A DNA stretch of 64,000 bases from Camelus dromedarius (lineage: Eukaryota). Positions 38,181-48,490 of the stretch are shown here, one piece after another. The first letter of the stretch is position 1. Every line of letters starts with the position of its first letter. The notes beneath the pieces were generated by a model, which worked only from the letters and a program-made list of their open reading frames with translations, ran no database searches and had not been told where the DNA came from. Made by a program: the position numbers and the translations under genes. The stretch is from positions 37,760,001-37,824,000 of the forward strand of contig NC_087447.1 in the NCBI RefSeq assembly GCF_036321535.1, read 5' to 3'.

Positions 38181-38250
38181 CTGGCGACTCGACTTTCAGG
38201 AGAGCGCAAGCTGCCGGTCCACCCGGATAGACACAACGCCTGCTGTGGGC
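38181..38250 (-). other. CALCB: Calcitonin/CGRP gene non-coding exon 1 (start site approximate)
   Basis: Donor CGCCAG|gtgaga at 38180, like the recalled human CGCCAG|gtgagc; TATA-like cataaga ~25-30 nt upstream. Confidence 0.75.
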
Positions 38251-38269
38251 GTCTTCCCCGCGGAGCTCT

Positions 38270-38445
38270 CTGCTCTTATGTCAGTGATAGGGGGCGGGGA
38301 GGTCCCCTCGAGCCCGCACGGCCAATCCCAAGTGGCCAGGAGCGACCCAGCTCCGATTGCGTCATTGTTCGCGCTCCCCACACCGGTCCACTAGGGAGGG
38401 GAACCATCCGCTCTGGCTGTCATTTGCAATTAGGTCATTGCCTGG
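38270..38445 (-). promoter_or_regulatory. Proximal promoter of the calcitonin/CGRP gene
   Basis: TATA-like CATAAGA 38274-38280, GC box 38291-38299, CCAAT 38322-38326, CRE-like TGACGCAA 38357-38364, CRE-like/octamer-like AATGACCTAATTGCAAATG 38421-38439. Confidence 0.75.
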
Positions 38446-38992
38446 GGAGCGGGAGGGCTTGGAGAGGGTGGAGAAACTTCGACGTCCAGAAAGTGGGAGC
38501 AAATCGGGCAGTTTGGTGTCACCGATAGTGAGGGGCCAGAGTTTCTCTTACTTTCTTCGTGCCTGAACTGTGTCCTCGCACCCTCTCCTGCCACACCAGT
38601 AGGGACCCTGGTCGGGTCACTTGGATTCTGAGAGATCTCAGATGAAACAGAGCACAGCAGAAGAGGGGGATGGTGGAGGAAGAGGGTCCTTGAAAGACTG
38701 AGCTCTTTGGATCACCTGGGAGTGATCTGGGATATTCTCTGCTCCCTACTCTCCTTCAGTCGCTCCCTGTTTGTTGCCCAGACCCCCGAAAAGTTGTTTT
38801 GCTTCCAATCTGGCAACCAAGCCTCCTTCGCTTTACTTTTCTGGGACGGGTAGGAGCGGAAGAGACGACTGGGGAGGGGGCCACGCAGGAATTGCCTGAA
38901 CAGAGGACTAGGGATCCCTCTCTACCCCGAATTCTCGACTTCGGGTTCAGCATCCCCCGCTCTAACCAGGATCCTGCACTGCGGCGCTGGAA

Positions 38993-39010
38993 TTGGTTTA
39001 CACAGCTGTC
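38993..39010 (-). promoter_or_regulatory. Homologue of the CT/CGRP HLH/forkhead (HO) neuroendocrine enhancer
   Basis: gaCAGCTGTGTAAACcaa: E-box overlapping a forkhead-type TGTAAAC, similar to recalled rat GGCAGCTGTGCAAATCCT; ~750 bp upstream of exon 1. Confidence 0.65.
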
Positions 39011-42000
39011 CGGCACTTCTGCCTTCTGTTTACCAAGTTGCTGTGCCGGGACGCCTGTGTGCTGGTCACTACCTGTCTTGCCCCACACACGCGCGCGCCC
39101 CCCCCCCCCGCCCCCCGCTTCCCTGAAGCACTAGATTGGTGAGGGGGCGGGGCAGGGGTCAGCGCCCACCCATGAAGGAGAACGTGTGCTGCAAGCCCCA
39201 AGGGCAACCTTCGGACGTTCACACACTCGCCACTCGCAGTCACAGGCCGGCAGGTACGCGCACTTAACGCTTCCCGCGGGGCACACGCCCCGCGCCCACC
39301 TACCTGGACCCCAGCCACACGCTTTCCTTTTGCACTCACACACCGACACTCCGCAGATCGCCAGCACTTGCTGCAACAGACGCTCCCTTGTCAGTTCGAG
39401 AAAGAGGCAGCGAGCATCAACGCAAACCGACCTCGCCCCAATCCAAAATCAACTCCTCGAGTTTCTGCTTTCGGAAACGGTCACGTTCTATAAACACAGG
39501 GACACACATTGTTTCCCAAGCACGCACATAGACATACGCACAGGCACGCGCACGGACTCTGCCTGTCTCTTTTCCCTTAAGGAAAGCCGGGTGGAGTCCG
39601 CGAGGCGGGCGCAGGAAGAAAATCTCAGCTATGGCTGAAAGGGCGTAGGGTGGGCTGGGGGATAGACGCAGTGGGAAAGAAGTTAGGGAGCGCCACCCAT
39701 CCTCGGGGGCCTCAGGCCCTGCACGACGCGGTGGCTGCGACCCCAAAAGCGCCCGCCGGGCCCTCCTGAGCTCGCAAAGCCTCTCAGGAAGCCTCGTTCA
39801 AGGATGCGAGGCAGGCAGCGAAGCCAGACGTTAGCAGAACTCCAGCAGCAGGTACCCATTGCTTCTACAGGTCAAAAAGGAGCTCTGGGGACGTCTGTCT
39901 ATGCCCTTTGGGTCTTATTTTCTGTGGCAGGATCTTGTTTGCGGGGCGAGGACGAGTTGCCCTCCAACTCAAGGATAATCGAAACTCCAGATAACACCCC
40001 CAAGGAATCCGGGCCGCAGAACTGGGCGACTCTTGCAGGGCCTGCTCCCCTGGCGGGCAGGGGGCACAGAGGCTGCGTGACCGGGAAGCAGCGCGGCGCC
40101 TAAAACGTAGCCGTGGTCTGCAGCGGACAGGAAGCAGGGCAGGAGGGCTCCCAGGACCTTTGTAATCCCACACACCTGGAAGCGCGGCTAAGGGGTTCCG
40201 CTGTAATACTAGGACTGTCTCTCTCTGCACCCAAATGGTTGGGTTCGCTTTCAGACGCAGCCAGTGAAACTGAAGCGACCTTTACTTGGGGGCCCTTCTC
40301 CCAGAGCCCTGCAAATGTGAGGGGACATTTTTGTGTCCCTTTCCCGGATTCTGGTCGGAGGAAGGCCTGCCGTGTGGAAAGGCGCAGCTGGGAGCTGACT
40401 AACGCCTCTGCCCTCTTCACCGCCTCTTCTCGGACCACTGCAGGCCTGGCAGGGAACAGAGCCCGCTCCAGCCCTCCAAAGGGGCCAGTGTCGGGGGCTG
40501 GGTAAGAAAGAAGGCCCGGAAGGCCCCAGACCCTGAACCCCAGGCTCCCTAGGCTCCAAGTTATCAGTGTGGAACTGAGCCAGGGAAGCCTGAGAACGTG
40601 AGAGGAGCTGGCCTGGGGTGGGGGCTTGGGGGTGGCCTCCTCAGAGGCCCAAAAATGTGAATTTACGGAGAACTTTAAACTCCTGGGGCTAAGGGCTGGA
40701 AAGCTGGCAGCCTCTCCAAAGACTCTGACTGTGTCACTAGGACTTTTTGAAGTGTTGAGACTGATAGCCTTGCCGCCACCAAGCGAGCGAGGCACAATCC
40801 TCCACTCCAAAGGCACGCGATGGGTGGCCCACAATCCAGGGAGATCCTGCCTTCGGTAAAGTCGGTGAAAGTTTCTACAAAAGCTGCCGAGACTAGGACC
40901 CCTGTGCTCTAACAGAGAAAGACGAGTGCGCATCCGACCTGGAGGCCCATTCTTACACAAACAGACCTGGTTCTGAGCTTTCAGTTTCTTCTTGGGTGCC
41001 TCATGGGGACGGCTATTTTAGCATCCAGAACTGTTTGCCCTAATCTTTCCCCACTATTGTCTTTGCACAGTGTCTGGAGCACAGTAGGTGCACAAGCAAA
41101 TGTTAGGTGAAGGGGGAGGGAGCTCGAGGATGAATGAATGGACAGTTCCAAGGGTTCACTACAGTAAGAATCAGCAGCAAATTCACAGCCAAGTTGAACT
41201 GGCCCCAATTTAGATCCATTAAATGGAAAGGCAGCTTGTTGATCCAAAGACTTCTTTTTATTTAATAAAAGGAATCAGCGTTCTGGAGAAAACTTTCTGA
41301 GATCTGATGTGAGAAGAAGGGTTTCTCTTTCGAACTCCAGCTTGCAAACAAAATAAGGCATTTTTTCCTCAACCCCTCTTTTATTATATTTGTGAGTGAA
41401 TGGAAGGAAAAGTCAATAAAATGCTTTGCTTTCTAAATCGAGAAAATTACATTTTGATTTTCCTGGAACTGCTCTGAGCTGCAAGGCATCCCCAATCAAA
41501 CTAACTAGCATAAGGATTTACAGAGATTGGTTTCCCAGGAATATGTTTCGCTTTTAAATTGTCTCGAATGTTCGATGCTCAGTGTAACTATTTTATGTAA
41601 TTACCTTTAAATTTTGAAAATGATAGTTATTAAATTTTATGGAGAAACAGATTCCATGTGCTATAGCTTTTGAAGTTTATTTTTATTTCCTTTAACTTAC
41701 TCTGTGTTTTCTTTACAAATTTCCTTAGAGACATATTTCTCAGGGGAAAGATTTTCACTCAACAATATTTATTGAGGACCTACTATGTGCCGGGCATTGT
41801 TCTAAGCACTAGCAACTCACAGTGAACGAAACAAAAACCCCTGCCCTCCTGATGCATAGATTACAAAATGATGTATTTAACATCCACCCAAATAAAACAC
41901 GTATGTATCCTACTCACATCCTCTCAACATAGTAATATCATCTCTGTCAAGTAGATATTCAGGGTTTATATTATTAAGACTATGTAAAGACCAGCTGAGC

Positions 42001-44469
42001 CACATAGTGTACTTTGATTACATTCCCTTGTACATTTGTTTTAGTTTTATTTAGTTCTATTTTTAGTTTAGTTAGTTTTAATGTCCTCTTTTCATTTGTT
42101 TAATTGTCTTTCTGCCCATGACTTGTTTATTCCTTTTCCTAGATCCTATTTGTTCCTCATTCTTGGTTTACTCCCTCATTTTGGTGGAGTCAAACTCATC
42201 ATTATATGATAGATTTTCTGGAAGTAGAATTCTAAGTTGGAAATCATTTTCACTCAGAATTGTGAAAGTAGTCTCCATTTGTCTTCCATTTCCAGTGTGA
42301 CTATTGAGAAACCATTTTCATTTATTCTTTTTTTTATTAGTATTTATATAGGATCTCTCTCTTTCTCCCTCTCCCTCTCTCAGTTTCAGTCTTCTAAAAT
42401 ATCCTGATAATGTGCCTTGGTATGGACTATTTTTATTTATTGTTCTAAGTACTGAGAGAACCCTTGCAATAAGAAAATTTGTGTTCTTCAATACAGGGAA
42501 TTTTTTTTGTTTTATTCCTTTAATAATTTCCTCTTTTTTGTTCAACTTTCTGAGAGTTTTTTACTTTTCAAATTTATATTGTTTCTAAATTATTTTGATC
42601 ATATTTTAAAATTTCTAATAGCTTTTTAAAAATTCCGTTTTACTTTTTACATCCTCCTGTTTTTATTTAATGAGTAGAACATCTTTTAGCTCTCCAAAGC
42701 TGTTAATTATAGGTTATTTTAGAGGCTACCCTCACATTTCTAGTTCTCCTCAGCTGCTGATTTATATTTAAGAGGGAGGTAATAACATACTAATCAGAGG
42801 ATGGGAATGGTAGAGTTGTCCATGAATGGACCTGAATATAGAGTGATTAGATGAGAAGCAACTTCACTATTTTATTAGGGGCGGGGAGGGGATTAACTAT
42901 GAGTAACTGTTAAGTCCTTTCCCTTGGCTTTTCATTTGCCCTAAGAGGAGTCCTCCAATCTCCTGCAAGGGTCAACGGGATGAGGGCAGAGTATAAGCTG
43001 ATGATTAATGAAGACGAGAGAGTTTTACCATCCATTATGCTAATCTTCCAGTCTTTTCTGGTACCCAGTCATCTAACTGCATAGGATAGAGAAGGAAATC
43101 TTGGGTCTAACCACTCTTTTTAAAGGCTTGCAATCACTCCAATTTTCAGTCCATTCTATACCTCCACCAACAGAGGCAACCAATTACTCAGAATCCTGAG
43201 CTTGTCTGGGGTCCGTGCTTCTTGATGGTTTTCCCTGCCCTACTAGAGTTTACACTTGAAATGTATGTATCTACACAGCTTTCTGTTCTGCTAAGCCAGT
43301 TAAGAAGACTGGCTGAAGGGTAGGAGATGTAGATAGTCATTGTAGAGCCCCCAAATTAGATTTAATGCCCTGGGCACTTGACCTCAACAGATTCCCACTC
43401 CCCATCACAGGGCACCCGCCTGGAGGATTTTTTTCTCCAAATCCCAGAGAAATAGAGATGCCAACATCTAACCTGCAGAAGTCCCTTCTTAGAGAATATT
43501 TTTAGAGTTGTCTGTGCCTGCCAGAGAATGAGCAAAGCATGGTGGCCCAGACCCAAGCTGATAACTCTGATAGATGGACAGCGAATGACGTCAAGGAATT
43601 ACTCAGGTTGGGTTCCTCTGAGATGATTAAAATTCTTTCTTGGCTCAGACTCACAGGACCCAAATTGGCTCTCTCCTCCCTGTCTGAGAGCATTGTTCCA
43701 CACTACAAAGGAAGTAGACATACAGGTCCTTAAAACTTCCTTATAATGCTAATTAGATTAATATCTCCTGCATTCAGCACTCTTAGAAAAATTAAAGTTT
43801 TTGCTAAATTCCCAGATAACTGAAACAGGCTTTAAATGGAAAACACAACTTTTAAAAAGCTATTTGGGATAGAAATCCTTTTAAAATGCATGACATTCTC
43901 CTCTTAACCTTCTCTGGATGACTCACAGCCATCATCAAAATAACACCAGTCACAGTCTGTGTAAAGGCCCGAGTTAGTTGGACTGTTCACCTCCACACCT
44001 GCTGACCCCAACTTCTGTGCTTTTGAACTCTTGGTCCATCGTTTTCAGTTATTCTGTATTTATATTAGCATATTAGTTATTCATATTCAGTTGACTATGA
44101 GATCCTCATAGTTGGGATCTCAGGACCACGTTTCTGGTTTTTGATGGTTTCTTCTGGTTACAGTTAATATATCTGCCTCTTGCCTTATGTCCAGTCTACC
44201 TGAATTTTTACCTGCTAATTTAACATCATCAGGAAAACAACAGAAGCATGCTGAATAGAACTGGCTGGAGCAAATCAGAAGTAAGGAGGGTTAAGGGAAG
44301 GATCTGAGTATCTCTCTTATGAACAATGCTAAAGGGCTCTAATGCATTTTCCTACCTTTTCTGGCCTTCAACTCTGTCCTCTATAAAGGGTGTTTCTGGA
44401 TAAGTGATTGCTTCTGGGGTGTTGAGGAAATTTGAGATAGACCATAGGTTTAAAAGAGGGTCTTGCAAA

Positions 44470-44675
44470 ACAATGTTGTCCAATAGAACTTTCTGCAACG
44501 ATGGGAATGTTCCAAATCTGTGTTGACCAACACAATAGCCACAAGCCACTTGTGACTCTTGAGCACATGACATATAGCTAGTACAAAGACCTGAATTTTT
44601 AATTTAATTTAGTTTAATTAATTTAAACATAAATAGCCACAAGTAGCTAGTGGTTGCAGTATTGGACATCATGGT
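44470..44675. mobile_element. MER3-like hAT-Charlie DNA transposon
   Basis: tgttgtccaatagaactttctgcaacgatgggaatgttc...aaatagccacaagtagctagtggttgcagtattggacatca; inverted ends tgtccaata / tattggaca. Confidence 0.85.
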
Positions 44676-44679
44676 CTAT

Positions 44680-44928
44680 GGTTAAGAGTAGTGGTTAAAT
44701 GCATAGATTCTGGAACCAGACTGCTGGCTGTTTAAGTTCTGACACTTACACTTATTCAATACTTCACCATAGACAAATAGGTCAAACTTTCTGCACCTCA
44801 GGATCCTTCTTTGTAAAATGAGGATAATAATATTACTCATTTATAGTGTTATTGTAAGGATTAAATAGGTAATAAACATAAAGTGTTTAGAACAGCGTAT
44901 GGCAACTGGTAAATGCTATACACATGTT
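44680..44928 (+). mobile_element. MIR, near full length
   Basis: gtagtggttaaatgcatagattctggaaccagactgc...tgtaaaatgaggataataata...aaagtgtttagaacagcgtatggca. Confidence 0.8.
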
Positions 44929-46759
44929 AGCCATTGGGTTTCTCCAGAAGCCGAACTCAAGACAAGACTTTGGGTTCAAACCATTTATTTGGGAGTTGCA
45001 CCAGTAAGGGAACACGTAAGTGAGATAGGAAAGGAAAATAACCATTACAGAGTAAAATAATAAGCAGGTTACTCCTGCAGGCAGCTGGGGCTTCATCCTT
45101 CTGGAAACCCTCTGAAACATTGTAAAGAGAAAGCCTCAGAATTATCCCACCCAAAGAATGAGAAGTCCATCACCTGTTCAGGGGTGCTCCCAAGGGTGTT
45201 AATTCCCCAGCACATCTGGCCTATCCTGCATAGCCAGGCTTCTGTGGTCAGAGAAAACTCCCAAGCAGAGAGTCATAGGTGCTTGCAGTAGAAAGCTATA
45301 GGCATACATGGGAATAATAAAGACTGGTGAGGTTCTAAGATTTAGTCGCCATAGCCTATATTATTATAATAAAGAGTCTGCTACTGCTTAATGACTTTCC
45401 CTAGAAATGAGCAAGAATAAATTTTCTAGCCATACTATGTTGTGAAAGATCAGCAAACAGGCTGTGATATGCTGATGTCACTTCATTGACTATTCCTACC
45501 CATCTGATTCTTAAGGTCTTTTCTCAGAGTATCTAGAAAGCCTCTGGTGGCCCCTGAGTCTTAGGGTCAGTTATCTTCAATGCCCCTTTCATCAGTAAGC
45601 AAACACCAGAAAAATCAGTGCCCTTTATTCTCCTGCAGCAATAACTCAAACACACAAAGAAGTCCTTCTGTTCAAAGGAAAACATAAAGGACATGCTGTC
45701 AGACTCATTAATCCTGGATGAGCTTGGGGTGGTAGGGGGAGGGGAGATTCCAATCCTGACTTACTTGTTTTTTCTTGTTGAACAGACTTTATTTTCTCAA
45801 ACCTAGCATTTTAGAAATTTTCTTGGCCAAGAAATTACTGGGGCATTTCTTCTGTTTATTGTTGAAGATAATTACATCAGGCTTATTTTTCTCTATGGGT
45901 GTTTTCAGCTCTCCACCTTGAAGGGTTAAAATTAAATTTTCATACTCACTCCTGAAAGCATGGAGGATTATGGGAGATGGCAGAATGACCCTAAACAATA
46001 ATGCTAATTGTTAACATTTGACATTGTATTCACCAGGGTGCTTAGTTGTATATAATAGAATTCTCTAAAGCTAATTTAAACAGGACAGTATTTGTTACAA
46101 GGTATTGAATAGTTTATAGAAATTTTAAAGGGCCAGGGAATCAGGTCTGGATGCCACACAGCCAAGAATAATACATCCAGGAGAAACCAACCACACCATG
46201 AAAATGTGCTAGTAGGAAGTCCATTGCTGCTTACCTATAGCAGCTTTGACTCCAGGGAACTCCATGGGTGCCCCAGAATATCCAGTCTCCTCTCATACAG
46301 TCAACATCTTAAAATGTTCACTTTTGCCTTTCAAGTCTCCATGAATGACTCTGGTCACCAGAGCCTAAACTTTGTGTGGAACTCTAGCTCCAAGAGGATC
46401 TGAGAAGAAATGTTTTAAATTTTTTATTCTCTACAGAAAGGCTTGCAAGGAGTTTGGATAGAAATTGAGTAACTCACATGCATCTTCACTTGAATGTCTA
46501 ATAAGCTTCTTTAATTAACCATGTCCAGGAAGAATTCTGGGGGATTTTTTTTCTGTCCAGATCTGTTCTTTCCCCACTTTCACCCATCATAGTAAATAAC
46601 AGCACAAACAACTCAATGAAGTCTGCTCAAAATGTAGGCATCATCCTTAATTCCTCCTTTTCCTTCATGTATATCTAATTCATGGATAAGTCCTATTAAC
46701 TCTACTCTCCCCACCCTAAAAACATCCCAAATCCACCCATTTCTCTATGTCTCCACCAG

Positions 46760-47132
46760 TATCTTAGCCCATTCAGACAGCTGTAAACAAACAAACAAAC
46801 ACAACTAGTAAGGTTATATTAAAAAAAAAACCAGAAATTTATTTCTCACAGTTCTGGAGGCTGGAAATCTGAGATCGAGGTGCCAACATGGTCAGGAGGG
46901 GCTCTCGTCCAGGCTGCAGACTTCTTACTGTGTATTCTCACATGGCAAAAAGAAGCAAAGGAGCTCTTCAAGGTCTCTTTTATAGAGGCATTAATCCCAT
47001 TCATGAAGGTTCTGCCCTCATGACCTAATCACCTCCCAAAGTCCCCAACTCCTAATACCATCACATTGAGCATTAGGATTTCAGCATATAAATTTGGGAA
47101 GAGGGGTGGATACAAACATTCAGATCATAGCA
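46760..47132 (-). mobile_element. MaLR LTR (MLT1A/B-like) nested in L2
   Basis: tatcttagcccattcagacagctgtaaac...tttatttctcacagttctggaggctggaaatctgagatcgaggtgcc...acaaacattcagatcatagca. Confidence 0.85.
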
Positions 47133-47559
47133 ACTCTGGACCCCAGTCCAAGCCACCATCATCTCTTGCCTGTACAATTTCAGTAGTCTCCTAACTAGTC
47201 CCCTGGATTTGACCATTGCCACTGTAATTCCTTCTCCACATAACTCTCAGAGTGATCTTTTAAAAGCATAGATCATATTGGGTCCCTCCTCTTCTTCCAA
47301 CTCTCCAGTGTAGTTAGGATAAAAAATGTAAACACTTTTCCATAGCTTTAAGACAGAGATGGTCTAGCTCCTATCCATCTCACCAGTATCCTCTGATGCC
47401 AGTCTCCCCTCACCCATATACCCACACTGGGCTTTTTGAAAGTCTCAGAGCTAACACACTAAGACCTTTTCCACTCCAGAGCCTTTGCATTTGCTGGTTC
47501 CTCTGCCTAGAAGTCTTTCTTGTTTGTCAATCCTCCCCTTCTATGATACCACATAACTA

Positions 47560-47656
47560 ACACACACACACTAATACACACACACACACACACACACACC
47601 ACCACCACCACCACCACCGCCGCCGCCGCCACCGCCGCCGCCGCCGCCATCACCAC
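47560..47656 (+). repeat. Compound microsatellite (CA)n-(CCA)n-(CCG)n
   Basis: Read directly. Confidence 0.95.
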
Positions 47657-48051
47657 TCCTGATGGTTGGCTCCTTATTACTCTACAGTTTTCAACTTAAA
47701 AATCAAATGCCATCTACTCTAAAAAGACCTTCCATGACCTAAAGAAGTCCTTCAGTCTCTTTATGACATTAACCTGTTTTACTTCCTTTACAGAACTTAC
47801 CACTCTGAAATTATCTTTGAAATCTATTTATTTGTATATTATTTGTCTTCTTTCACTAGAATGTAGGCTCCTTGAAAACAGTCTCCTTGAATATCTTGTT
47901 CACCACTGTATCTCCAGTCCCTGGAACCGTGCCCAGCACAAAGGCTGGGTTTGATAAACATCTGAAGAATCATGGAAGTATGTGAATGCTCACTCTGCAA
48001 CACTTAGCAGTATGCTAGGAGCTCTACTTAAATCATTTTACATTATTCTTA

Positions 48052-48490
48052 TGTATTAATCTGGGTTCTCCAGAGAAACAGAATCAATAGGAATATTACA
48101 TATATAATATATGTACCATAAGAATTCGACTCACATGATTAGGGAGTCTGAGAAGTCCAAGATCTGCAGTCAGCAAGCCAGACCCAGAAGACCAGACAAC
48201 AGAGTTCCAGTCTGAGTCTGAAGACAGGAGAAGACTAATGTCCCAGCTCAAAGATAGCCAGGTAGAAAGAAAGAATTCTTTCTTATTCAGCCTTTTTATT
48301 CTTTCTAGGCTTCAGTAGATTGGACGAAGTCCCCTCACTTTGGGGAGGGCAGTATACCTTACTCAGTCTATAGATTCAAATGTTGATCTCACCCAGAAAT
48401 ACCCTCACAGACACACCCAGAAATAATGTATCACAAGTATCTGGAAACCCTGCAGCCCACTCAAACTGATACAGAAAATTAACCATCACG
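48052..48490 (-). mobile_element. MLT2-type (ERVL) LTR
   Basis: tgtattaatctgggttctccagagaaacagaatcaatagg...accctcacagacacacccagaaataatg...aaaattaaccatcac. Confidence 0.85.

Larger units (their letters stand above)
37600..40520. promoter_or_regulatory. Extended CpG-rich region over and upstream of the calcitonin/CGRP promoter
   Basis: High GC and CpG density, densest at ~37650-38560 and ~38900-40500. Confidence 0.8.
46480..47990 (+). mobile_element. L2 interrupted by an MLT1 LTR and a compound microsatellite
   Basis: L2 motifs on both sides of the LTR (catcatccttaattcctcc; ccagtccaagccaccatcatctcttgcctg; ctagaatgtaggctccttgaaaacag; gtgcccagcaca). Confidence 0.75.

Noticed and set aside
40100..40960. 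Longest ORF in the track (286 aa, minus strand)
   Set aside because: No ATG at the listed start, no recognisable domain, and it lies in GC-rich DNA where stops are scarce
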